A stretch of 64,000 nucleotides of DNA from Reclinomonas americana ATCC 50394 (Eukaryota): assembly GCA_048213135.1 (NCBI GenBank), contig PS015439.1, forward strand, positions 1 to 64,000. Reading direction: 5' to 3'. Each line of letters opens with the position of its first letter. The stretch's first letter is position 1. The position numbers and the translations under genes are program-made. The notes beneath the pieces are model-generated. The model saw only the letters and a program-made list of their open reading frames with translations, was not told the DNA's origin and searched no databases. Shown piece after piece: positions 34,861-51,749 of the stretch.

Positions 34861-37800
34861 TTATTCAAAGTGGAGCACAGCGACCTGCACGCCCGGAACC
34901 ACCTCTATCATGTCTTCACCTGCTACTGCTACTCTACTGCGTGCGGAGGCACCGCTGATGCCAGCCCAAGCACACACCGGTCTTGTGAAGAACGGTGCAA
35001 TGAATCGCTGCTGGATTCGTTGCAGGCGCTCGAGTGACAACTTGCCAAGGTCGGTCCGCACATTGCGCACACTTTGCATGGACTTGCCGTGCAGCTGAGG
35101 TGCACACGAAGGAGAGTTAAGAACAAAGAAAGGGCCAGGGTGCGATCCAAGTTTTGCAAGCACGTACCTCAGGCCAGTGCAAGTTGCGCACCAAGTGCCG
35201 CCAGAAGCCGGTGGTGCCGAGGCCGGCGACCACTTTCTCCATCAGAGGTTTGATCGCTTGCTGTGGAGGCCAAAGGGGGGTGAGTAGAGAAGAAGCGACA
35301 GCAGAATCAAGGCAGCAGACGCAACATCGAACTCGGTCTGCGTATACGATCCGCGCACCAACACGTCACCGATGCACTCGTGCAGCGCCTTGGCCGTCTC
35401 CTGTTCTCACTCTCCGACATGAGTGGCTGATAGTGCGTAAAAGTGATGCGTTGCGTACCTCCAGGCGATCGGGAAACGCTGTGATGCTCGCCACAGCATA
35501 ACTGTCGCCGCGCAACGCAAAAAACCGCTCGGCACAATTGACAGAGTAGCACAATCCCTTGTTCTCGCGCAGCTCCTTGAAGAGGCGATTGTTGAGGATC
35601 TCAAACAACACTGCCGAGTAGCGCAAGAAGGCGCTCGGATCCAATCCCTCAACAGCACTGCCACTGCAGTGGTGAGATGCAAGCGATGCACTGTAACTTT
35701 TCTTGACTGCGAACGCAACAGATTGCCATTGTCCGCGTGGGGCACATAGTGCGAGAAGCCGAATCGGTTCGGCAGTGCGTATCCTACCGATTGACGAGGT
35801 AAGCAAATCATGCGCATCACAAGAGAGTGGCTGTGGCTGCCGAGCAAACCGATGAGGATGTGAGCACGGTCTTCTTCCACGGTCGGCACGACAAGCCGGT
35901 ACAGAGTGCCCACTGATGGATGCGTGAGAGAAAAACGGCAAAGAGATAGAAAGTTGAAACAACAACAGCACGCACAAGGGACGTCACGCGGAAAGTTGAT
36001 TGGTTTCAGTCGGGTTTCTGGAGTTGCCCACAACTCAGGAAGACGTGCAACGATGGTCGTGCGCGACGGCACTTCTATCGGCGACGGCATCGGGTAAGTG
36101 ACAGCAGCGGTGTGAGTGCATTTTGCAGGAAACAACACACCACTGCAGCTCCGCGCCACATGATCGACCAATTGTCGGAAGGCGTGCTCCATGTCCACGG
36201 TACCGAGGAACATGAGCAGATCGCGTTCCAACTCGGCCGGCTCAAAATCACCCACCACCACCACCTTTCGCAGGGTGAGTTTGTGCACGAAATCTCACTC
36301 CACAAGCGAAATCGTACCTCGATGCAGCTGTTGTCCGCCATTCGGTAGAGTGCATGTGCCAGATCGATCAACGCCAGGCTCTCCGCTGCTAGTGGATGGC
36401 TCGCAGAGTACAACCTGCACGGATCCCCCCATGTTATTAATCTCATCATTAACAGTAGCAATAGGAGCTAAAATCAACGCACTTGGTGCTGCCGACAAGG
36501 TGGCGTCGGAAACGGTACCTGTGGAAACACGAATACCTCAGTGACTTGGAGGCAGAAGGAGGCCTGTGTGTCACGCACATGAGGTTGCCGTGCAAGTCCT
36601 TTTCACGCTCCTCGAACTGTGTCCTGACATCCTGCGACGCAGCACACACGCACACAGTCTTTCGGTTGACTGTGTGCAGATGTGAGAGAGACTGGCCTAT
36701 CGTCAGACCTTCTTGAAACGGGCCAGCGACGCAGCGTCCAGTCGAGGTCGTGTGAGGTACAAGTGCAGCAGCTCGAGCACACGAACGAGGCCACCGCCAG
36801 ACAAACTAAAGCCCGCAGAGACTACCACATTCTCTGAATCCTGTACCATCATGCCTTGTTGTCATGCTGACTGTTGCTGATCAAGAGGAAAATCGCACGC
36901 TCGTACCTTTGAGGGCGTAATGTCGAGATCGTGAATCGAGCAGAAGCGGTATATGGCGTCGGCATCAAAGTCACCACATCCGGAATCGAAGAGAACAGTC
37001 AGCGCGGCCGCCAGGTCACCCATGTCCTCCGCGAGTCGAGCTGCGAAACGAGACAGTGAGCAGGCGTCTCCCTACTCGCAAAAAAAGACACCGCGGTGCA
37101 AACCTCCAGGAACATTGAGATCGACTGCCACGTGAGCAGCAACTTGTCAGCACATGCGCAGCGATTGCAGACTTCCACACCGACTTGGTACGCAACTGGA
37201 ACACTGCATCGGCTCATAGTTGGCCTTCTTATACGTCACCGAGATGCCGTTGCTCATGCGCATTCTGCAGCAGCACGACGAACAGTGAGAAACGAATGGA
37301 AACATAACCTACGACTGCGCGTCGCACCGTACAATGCCAGTCTCCGCATCCTCCAATCGCACTGCCGTGGCATCCTGTTGAATAACAAACAGTGTGAGCG
37401 CACAAGTCTTGCCGCACGGACGGGTGAGACGAACCACGCCAGCAGCTTCCTCGCCAAACGCCGTGACGACTGGTACGTAATGCACTCCCTTCTCCTCGGC
37501 CAGGCGACGCATGGCCTCTAGTTCGTACAGCTCGGTAACCACACTCACATCCGCCGGCGATTCGACGCCCACCATGGCGGCGGCAATCACCTCGAGAATG
37601 CGCTTCTTTTCCAGCTTGCATGGCGGACCACGTGGTCGGTCGCCAGCGGCACGCCTGCACACAGGCACGAGACGGTCAACAACAAACGACGACGCTGCAT
37701 AGAAGTTGCTCGTGGGGCACACAGAACTTGAGGTAGGCCGCACGCTTGGAGACGAAATGTGCAGTGTCGTCGGCAAAGTGGCGGGCTGGATCCACCGCTG

Positions 37801-40750
37801 GCGACTCAGCCTCGTCGTCCCCTCGCCGCGCACTTCGTCGTCGTCGCAACATACCGCCACTCGCACGCTCTCCCACTCCGTCGTCCTCGTCCTCGTCTTC
37901 GTCTTCCTCTCTTCCGTCCTCATCACCGTCATCATCCTCACTGCCTTCGTCATCCTCCCCGTAGTGCTCCTCGTCGTCGTCGTCATCTCCTCCCTCTTCT
38001 CCCTCCCCGTCTTCGTCGCCACTCTCCCCACCGTCGACCTCCATGGCATCTTCAGGAGCTTTTCACGCACAACAAACGCATCGTGAGGCGCCACATCACA
38101 GAAAAAAAGGAGTGGCAGCGAGGCTACGACGCACCATCCATGAGATGCGTTGGTGCACACACAAACACACTGCCCTTCAGTCCGTCAATCGGGCCATCTG
38201 CACACAACAGCCTCGTGTGAGCGCACCAAATGGAATGCAGTCGCAACAACAAGCTTTTCATCACGAACCCGGTTGTCGAGTGCGCGCCTCACAGTAGTCA
38301 ACAATGAAGCCGAGTACCTCTCGTGCACGGGCGTTGACGCGCTCGAGTGTGATTTGCGACGCCAGCTCCTCGGTCAGGCGGTGCTCGTCACGCCGATCCA
38401 TCCATGTGCATCCTGCATCGATGAACACAATGAATATCAAGGAACCACACCGTGCCACTTGTGAGTCTTCGACGCAACGGGCGTTGACAAAGTCAATCAG
38501 ATCCTCGATCACGTCTTCACTCTGTACACAGCATCAGTTCATGAAAAGAGAAAAGCATGACACACAAGAGACGAACCGGCGACGACTCAAACGTCTCTGC
38601 TCCGCGGCTGCTCATCTTGATGTACGACGCCAGGGCCAGTTCCAGCTCGCCTTCTGTCACACCGAATTCGTGCATCCTGCGCAGCACTTGCAAGATCAGA
38701 TTGCTGCAATGAGAAGTTAAGCAGAGCACAAGATCGCCCACCGAAAGATCTCTCGAATGACGTGCGTGAGCGCCTCCTACACAGTGAATGAGTGCTGGGA
38801 TTGTGCCTGACGCACCAGCACTGCGACCTTACCTCCCAGTCATCCAAGCGTGACACCACCAGGCAGGAGTTGAGCGAACAGTTTTCGCGGAAAGAGTTGT
38901 AAAACTGCGACGAGTCAGCCTCACGAACTACAAGCGAAGAGGTCTGCACACAGAATCTTGCGCACCTCCCAGTCAATGGTGGTGAACGGCACATCTTGAA
39001 AGGAGCGCTGCAGGGTTTCAATTCGATTCTCCAGTGTGATACCTGCACGCGAGTGATGAGTCACGGGCGAGGTGGGAGGGCATGCGGCCGGCGAAACACA
39101 CACCAATCATGCAGTCGCAAATGTCATTGATGAGCGTGCCGACAGTGTCAGTGATCATGGTCGGCAACTTCAGCGTCACCGACATGACAAACTGGGCCAG
39201 TTGATTCTGCAAGCGGGGAGGCAACGTTAGCGCAGGCCAACCAGCAGTGTTGGACTGCGTCAAAGAACGCAACGTCTTGGTGAATGACAAAGTCGTCGGG
39301 CGGTGCGTCCACATACACGTGCTCGATCACGGGCGGCAAGGCCACGCATGCACTACGTGAAATGTCGGGCTCCTGCCCAAACACCTCCTCAATGGCGGCG
39401 ACGGCCACTGCCGTATCAATGTCTCCCACAATGTAGATGGTGGCCACTTGCGGGCAGTACCATTTCTCTGTGCGACGATGTGGTTAAAGTGAGAGACGAG
39501 AGGGAAAGAGATAAGAGGGCACATGTAGTGATGCACCGTAGAAGCGACGCAATGCAGCCCTGTGGAGAGAAGACATGAGTGAGTTGTGTGGCTCATCATC
39601 CACTTCAGCAATGGTGCACAACGAACCAGTCCCACGACTGAATGCACTCCTCCAACCCGATGGGGCTCCGATGCGGCAGGCAGTTCTCGTGATGAATCTG
39701 CAGAAACGTGAGCTCCTCGACCCTGCAATACACAGCGACTCGTCAGCACCACGTAGCAAGACGATTTTTCATCGGAGACGAACTTGGTCTCTGGTGTGTT
39801 GCGCATCTGCAGCTCCGACAGGACCGCCTTGCGCTGCGCCAACAACCACTTATCAGCCCCAGTTAAACACACACAGGAAGACACGAGTGACTCCTCGTTC
39901 GGACCTCAGTCTGCAACGCCTGCTCGCCGGAGAGTGTCGCTCGGAAGCAGATCTGGTGCAGCAGCTCACACACATGGCGCAGACTCGGCACTCGCGTCTC
40001 CGAATCGCCACCCACAGCCATCAACGACGGTGCTTGGAACGTGTACACAGTCTGCGCACAGAACATGAGCAAGCTTCGTCCACATGTACACACAGCGAGT
40101 CTCGAATTCGGTGAACCTTGCGGTAGTCCGTGTATGCATTCGAGTCACCACCAAACGACATGCTGCACCGGGACTCAGCAGAAGTGCACAGAAGCAGCAG
40201 AGAGAGAGAGCGCGCGCGCACTCACCCGAGCTCGACAATCGCCTGTTGCACGGCCTCGGCAGTCGGGTACTTCTCCGTGCCTACTCACCACCACCAGTGA
40301 GACGCACAATCACAACTCACACACACTTGTACGAACCAAGGAACACACAGTGCTCCAGCATGCTGCAACACACACCACCGCAGGTGAGCAGACTGCGCGC
40401 AGTGAGACACAGACACGAAAGAGAGAAAGCGCAACTGCGCAATGCCTCGCTCGCTTTCCTCCTCGTTCACCGAGCCAACAAGCATCTATGCACACACACA
40501 CGCACAGAGTAAGAACGTGCGCACATAGACACACACACAGACAACAGAGAGAGAGACCTCCAAGTGCGCCTCATAGCGACCGGGAGGCTGTGCATTCGGA
40601 AGCACCACGTACTGCAGTCCATTCGCCAGTGTGCCTCGCACCCTGCACACACACACACACACACAAAGATAAGAAAGTGCGCGCGTGTGCAGTGAGTGTG
40701 AGAGTGAGAAGACGCAACAAGCTGGGGTCCACTGGCAACGCGGTGTCCAT
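34861..40750 (-). CDS. M16 (inverzincin) metallopeptidase, stromal processing peptidase / PqqL-like; many introns
   Basis: Spliced LPVDPSLVRGTLANGLQYVVLPNAQPPGRYEAHLEMLVGSVNEEESERGIAHMLEH (HxxEH), SNAYTDY, WYCPQVATIYIVGDID, VVVGDF, PNRFGF, EILNNRLFKELRENKGLCYSV; these blocks parallel plant SPP as I recall it. Confidence 0.88.
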
Positions 40751-41055
40751 TGTTTGCAAAGAAGATGACTTGTCCTTGCGTTGTCCTTCACACACACACA
40801 CTGCTGCTTTTCTGAGTGTGAGCACAGAGGATGGAGGTCGATGAGGCATCTGCAGGTGTGTGTGTGCGTCTCCCACTGTTGCGCCTTGTGCAAGAAAGAG
40901 TGCATGTTGCTCGTCAAAGTCACTTTGGACTTCAACTCGCGACTGCACTTTTGCAACTCTGTGTGCACACGTCTGCAGTCTCTCTTGTTGTCTCTCTCTG
41001 TGCAAGTGCATGTGTGTGTGTGAGTGTGTGTGTGTTGACATGTCGCACTCACAGA

Positions 41056-41187
41056 GTTGATTGAGGACTTGTCTTCCGAGGAGGAGGAGGATGAGGAGGA
41101 GCAAGGCGACGACAAGGAGAGTATGGATAGTGACGAGGTGCGTTGCAACACTGCGCGCATGTGATTGTCTTTGTTGTGGCTCATGCA

Positions 41188-41264
<77 letters not shown>

Positions 41265-44200
41265 ANNNNNNNNNNNNNNNNNNNNNNNNNNNNNNNNNNN
41301 NNNNNNNNNNNNNNNNNNNNNNNNNNNNNNNNNNNNNNNNNNNNNNNNNNNNNNNNNNNNNNNNNNNNNNNNNNNNNNNNNNNNNNNNNNNNNNNNNNNN
41401 NNNNNNNNNNNNNNNNNNNNNNNNNNNNNNNNNNNNNNNNNNNNNNNNNNNNNNNNNNNNNNNNNNNNNNNNNNNNNNNNNNNNNNNNNNNNNNNNNNNN
41501 NNNNNNNNNNNNNNNNNNNNNNNNNNNNNNNNNNNNNNNNNNNNNNNNNNNNNNNNNNNNNNNNNNNNNNNNNNNNNNNNNNNNNNNNNNNNNNNNNNNN
41601 NNNNNNNNNNNNNNNNNNNNNNNAGACTCTTGCACACACACACACGCACACATGCACACGCACACACACACACACACACAGCGAGAGAGAGAGAGAGGAA
41701 TGCTGCTCTTGCGTTGTTGGTGCATTTCAATCTTTGAGACAAGTGCACCTTGCCTGACCTTGCTTGGAATGCGGTTGTGCAGGTGGAGTGTCTGCGTCTG
41801 GCGGGGCACGCGGAGGCGGCTCATGAGGCGCGACAAAAGTTCCACTTGTGGTTTCCGTTTGGCGAAGGTATGCGAGTGCGGTGCTCTGTGTCTTCTGTTG
41901 TGCAACTGAGCGGCGTCGTGCAGAGGTGTGGATGGAGTGGATTGCTGACCAGCATGCACTGTTCGAGCACAATGGTGGTGATGCGGAGGCAGAGCAGCTG
42001 TTGAAGTTGCATGAAAAGTCGGTGCATGATTTTCACAGTGTGCCTCTGTGGCTGGCGTACGCCAAGGTGGCGCAACTGGTGCAGTCGCGCGATGAGGCGC
42101 GTGTGGTGTTTGAGCAGGCGCTGAACATTGGTCGGCATGACTTTGCGCGGGCGGCCGATGCGTGGCGCGCCATGGTGGACTACGAACTCAGGTGCGTGAA
42201 CATGGTGGTGATGATGGCGTGTGGGCCACCGTATTCAATTTTCGTGGCCTGCAGTACCGAGGCAGACGACGCTGAAGAGCGCGTTCGCTTCCTGTATCGC
42301 GAGGCACTGACGACCCCCATGCGCGATCACGCGGCACTGCTTGCCGAGTATCTCGGGTGGGAAAAGGACGAGGAAGCCAAGGAAGACTTTACGGAGGACG
42401 ACGATGTGCGCCGGGCTGCTGAGGGCAGCGAGGCGCGCGAGAAGCACGAGGCCAAGATCGCCGAATCCAGTTGCGTTTCAGTTGTCTCCATCATTATTTG
42501 TCGAGTGTGTGCTGAAGCACTTGGCGGAAGCAGCTCCGGATCGTGTGATGAGCGAGTGGCGAGCGTATGCACAGTACGAGAAGAAAAAGGGCGAAATGGA
42601 GCGCTTCCGCTGTGTGATTGAGCGGGCGTTGGCCGAGCATGCGGACAATCCCGATTTCTGGGTGTACTATCTGGACGCGGTGGCGGTGTGTTGCACTGCT
42701 CCTCCGGATTCGTGTGGTGTGTATGTGTGTGTGCCTCGCCTCATGTTGTGTCTGCTGCAGGAGAATGGATGGTCGCCGTACTACACACAGAGCCAGACGG
42801 ACGACTCGTCGGTGTTTCGTCGTGCTGCGCGCACGTGCCCCGGCAGTGCGGCCATCTGGACCTACTACGCCTTCTTTATGGAGAGTCACGGTGCCGACGC
42901 GGCAACCATGAAAGGTGTGAAACTCGGAAGAATGCTGTGTCCGCCCTGTGTCGAGTCTCATCGCTGAAAGTGATCGCTAGGTGTGTGGGACACGGCGCTG
43001 CGGTCTGCGTCGCGCGACAGCGGCGTGATGGGAGTGGAGCTGGCAATGGCACGGTGCGACTTTGCTTTGCGTCAATTCCGCTGGCACATGCAGGATGCGG
43101 CGCTGGTGCGTTTGTATGAGCACGCCGTGTGTCGATTGTTTGTTGACGCTTGTGCTGCTGTTGTTGCAGGCCGAGCAACACAAGAACGCAGTTCGTGAGG
43201 CATTTGATGAGGCTGACCAGTTTACCGATTCTCGTTGCGTGGCATGAGGAGAGGAAGGAGTGTGTCCATCATCTCACGCCCGTGCGAAACAGTGTCCACT
43301 GGCGACCCGACGTGCCGAGTGCTGCGATTTGCCGCTCGCGTGGAGACGTACTTTTTCCAGGACGTGGAGCGCGCCACATCCATTGTTGAGCGCGTACTGC
43401 AGCGCAGCAACCAGAATGTTGAGGCCTGGTTGCAGCTGTTTGAGATACATCGGTTTGTCGCGTGGTTTGCTGTGGGGTGAAGTGCGAGGTCGCTCACGCG
43501 TTCGGTCGTGCAGTGGTGCGAATCGGCTAGCAGATGCACGCTCGACATTGCAGAAAGCTCTGTACAGCATCAAACACGACGAGCACGCCGATCGCATCGC
43601 CGAAGCGTGGCTGCAGTTTGAGCGCGAATTTGCTACTGGTGCGTACGAAGCATCAGAACATGTTTGCGGGCGTTGGTCTGAATGGTTTCGCCTTGGTACA
43701 CAGATTTCGATGTGGTCCCCGAAGGACATCAGTTTGCCTCACTCGCGCACGTGTTTGATGCGTGGCGGTCGAATCGGGCGCGCATCGACAAGATCAACCG
43801 CGCCGCCGAGGCCGCCCGCAAGGCACGTGAGCAGCGGCAGCAGCAGAAGCAGAGTGCCGTCGCAGCACCAGAGAAGAAGAACAGGAAGAAGGAGAAGCCG
43901 GCCGAGTCGGCGGCGGCGGCTGGTGATGACGATGCCGAGGGAGCGAAGAAGCGCAAGAAGGGCAAGCGTTCTCACGAGCAGGTGGACAAGGTGGAGGAGG
44001 CGGAGGGTAATGCCGAGGAAGGTGCTGGAGGTGAGGCAGCTGTGGTTGTTGCTCCCGAGGCCGACGAGGAGAGCGAGAAGGTGGCAAGTCCTGCGCACAA
44101 GCGTCGCAAGACGGAGAGTGCACCGGAGGCCCCCATGGCTCCACCGCCACCACGCGCGCGGCCGGCCAATGGCGGCGCGAGGAATGCACCTGCGGCAAGT

Positions 44201-45164
44201 GAACCGATGGATGTCTCGTCGGATGGAGACGCCGGCGACAGGAGAAACAAGAGAGGAAAGAAGAAGAGCGAGCCGGAGGCAGATCCGCGCGCCGCCGAGA
44301 AGGGTTACAACCCGGAGACGCAGTTTCGTTCCCGTGTCGCCATCCTCTTGCTTGTGTTATTGCTGTGTGCTCACGGTTTGGAGGGCCTGGGGGTTAGTGT
44401 CGAGGAGCTGGTGGCGTTTGTGTACAATTTGCATTTCCACGCCACCGAAGTCATTATCAAGGAGCACTTTACAAAGGTGTGTGGTCGCTGAAAGGGCGGC
44501 TGGATTGTTTCCGAGATTGCTTACGAAAGTTGTTTGTGTCGCGCAGCTCGGGTGCCGAGTCAAGGAGGTCCGTTTGATGCGCAATCACTACGGCAAGTCG
44601 CGCGGTCACGCGTATGTGGAGATGGAGGACAGAGTTGCGTTCTCACCCCTGCAGTGCCCCCTGCTCACGTGTTTTTTTGTGTCTGGCTCACCTCCTATCG
44701 ACAATGTGTGCAGGAGAGTGTGCAACGCGCCATCGCCACCGACGAGAAGGAGTCGCTGTTGAATCGCCCGCTGCGTGTCGACGTGTCGAGGACAGATGTG
44801 CGAGGAAAGCACAAGGATGAGAACAGTGAGCAGGCGGGGGCAGCGGCCGCAGGAGGCGCATCCGGCCGTGGCGATGCACCGTTTACCGTCAAGTTTCGTG
44901 TGCATGTGTGTGTGCCCGAGTCAGTTACCTGCTTTGTTTGCGTGCTCATTTCTCATGTCGGCGTGCAGACATGGCCGTGGCGGTCATTTGGTGCCTCGTG
45001 CCGCGCGACTCGCACCCGTCATCCTGCCGAAGCGTGCACGCGTGGATGCCAGCAACACCGAGAGTGGCAGTGGCACAAGTGACGCACCGGCTGCCAGTGC
45101 CGGTGAGACGGTCGACAGCAAGCCGCGCTCCAATGCCGAGTTTGCAAGCTTCTTGAAAAAGTGA
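41056..45164 (+). CDS. SART3: SART3/Prp24-like U4/U6 recycling factor (acidic N-terminus, HAT repeats, one RRM, Lsm-interaction motif); start uncertain, spans a gap
   Basis: ARQKFHLWFPFGEEVWMEWIADQ; HAT repeats (SVPLWLAY, IERAL..NPDFWVYY); RRM (AFVYNL, GKSRGHAYVEM); C-terminal KPRSNAEFASFLKK. Confidence 0.9.
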
Positions 45165-45312
45165 ATGGACTGCATGCAACGAACGCGAGTCAAAAAGGAA
45201 GAGTTGCTCGTTTAAATGAGTCCGCACAACGGAGGTGCGAGCAAAAGAAAGTGAGGGGAGAAAATACTAGAAGTAATAAAAATCGTCGAGAGATTACGGG
45301 GGGCGATGCAGC

Positions 45313-49735
<4,423 letters not shown>

Positions 49736-50503
49736 TGTCACGTGGCCGTCGAGCGAGTACTTGTGCAGGTGTGCATGCGTGTGTATGAAGGAAGAGGCAA
49801 AGTGTGCCGGGAAGAGATGAATACTAAGAGAGAGAGAGAGCTGGGAGAATGCTTGCGACGTTTCGAAAACAAGCTGTAAAATGCCAGTGCGTCGCTAACG
49901 GTGGTCGGGCTTTGTAGTGGTGCATCTACAGACTATCTTCCACATGCTAAGCATAAGCGAGATGCATGTCGGGAAAGTCCAGATAATTCGACTTCGCACC
50001 GAATTCTGCGTTTTTTCCCGTTTCTTTCCACGTCACCTCACGTAATCAACGCTGCTGTTAATGCTGCGGCTGGGCTACCGTACAACTGCGCAGACCATGT
50101 ATGTTATATTACCGTGTCCTGCCGCAAAACCGGACAAAGACCGCTGCCCTGGCAGAGCGCGCGATCGATATCTCTGCCTCTCTCTCTCTCTCACACACAC
50201 ACACGCATTGTGCGCGTTGTCTTGCAACACATAGGTAAGCATCGCACACACGCACACGCACAGACAATCGCAGACACACACAGAGAGAAACAGACGCGCG
50301 TGTCTGGATTTCATTTTTTTTCGCACACACACACAGAGATCAACCCTCTCTCACCAAGATACAACGCATCTGCACACACGACAATGCACACACCGCGCAC
50401 GAAAACAGCAGAGATAGATAGACAAAGTAGACGAGGACATGGCCGCGCACATCACCACACTCACCACACCACGCAGCAGTCATCAACATACAAGTGAACA
50501 AGC

Positions 50504-50767
50504 ATGAGCGGCCCGCCTCCTCCGCGCGTCTCTGGGCTGGCCAGCGCGCGCGGCACTGGCGGCAACCTCTCTCGCGCATTCAGTGCCGCCGCGCACGCTG
50601 CCTCGAGCTACTCTGCCTCAGCGGCAGCAGGAGGAGCGTCTCCCATGTTGCCTTCTCAACCGCCGCCGCGACAACGGCCGCTGGTGACGGTGCCGCGATT
50701 GGAGATGTCGCGGGTGTATGGATCGGCGGCGGCGGCGCCTAGTGCGGCCGCCTCGTCGGGTTATGCG
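50504..50767 (+). CDS. Possible first exon of an Ala/Ser/Pro-rich gene running into the gap
   Basis: ATG at 50504, open frame, then a GTTGCGT donor and (CT)-rich intron-like DNA. Confidence 0.4.
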
Positions 50768-51749
50768 TTGCGTACTTCTTGGTGGGGCTCGCTTTCTCTG
50801 TCTCTGTCTCTGTCTCTGCCTGTGTGTCTGTGTGTGTCACTCTGTATGTGTGATGATTGATTGTGGGCATTCGCGATACTGATTGCGGTGCTCTCTGCGA
50901 TTGACGGACCTCTTTCCCGCCCGTTGATCGCTCTCTCTCTCTTTCTCTTTCTCTCTCTCTCTCTCTCTCTCTNNNNNNNNNNNNNNNNNNNNNNNNNNNN
51001 NNNNNNNNNNNNNNNNNNNNNNNNNNNNNNNNNNNNNNNNNNNNNNNNNNNNNNNNNNNNNNNNNNNNNNNNNNNNNNNNNNNNNNNNNNNNNNNNNNNN
51101 NNNNNNNNNNNNNNNNNNNNNNNNNNNNNNNNNNNNNNNNNNNNNNNNNNNNNNNNNNNNNNNNNNNNNNNNNNNNNNNNNNNNNNNNNNNNNNNNNNNN
51201 NNNNNNNNNNNNNNNNNNNNNNNNNNNNNNNNNNNNNNNNNNNNNNNNNNNNNNNNNNNNNNNNNNNNNNNNNNNNNNNNNNNNNNNNNNNNNNNNNNNN
51301 NNNNNNNNNNNNNNNNNNNNNNNNNNNNNNNNNNNNNNNNNNNNNNNNNNNNNNNNNNNNNNNNNNNNNNNNNNNNNNNNNNNNNNNNNNNNNNNNNNNN
51401 NNNNNNNNNNNNNNNNNNNNNNNNNNNNNNNNNNNNNNNNNNNNNNNNNNNNNNNNNNNNNNNNNNNNNNNNNNNNNNNNNNNNNNNNNNNNNNNNNNNN
51501 NNNNNNNNNNNNNNNNNNNNNNNNNNNNNNNNNNNNNNNNNNNNNNNNNNNNNNNNNNNNNNNNNNNNNNNNNNNNNNNNNNNNNNNNNNNNNNNNNNNN
51601 NNNNNNNNNNNNNNNNNNNNNNNNNNNNNNNNNNNNNNNNNNNNNNNNNNNNNNNNNNNNNNNNNNNNNNNNNNNNNNNNNNNNNNNNNNNNNNNNNNNN
51701 NNNNNNNNNNNNNNNNNNNNNNNNNNNNNNNNNNNNNNNNNNNNNNNNN

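Noticed and set aside
42470-42533. Reading shifted donors as non-canonical AG|TTGCGT (TT-AG) introns
   Set aside because: With the available AG acceptors the reading frame requires cleavage before the G, so they are GT-AG.
41056-45164. Causal link between SART3 (U6 recycling) and the shifted donors
   Set aside because: Co-location only; nothing in the sequence supports a link.
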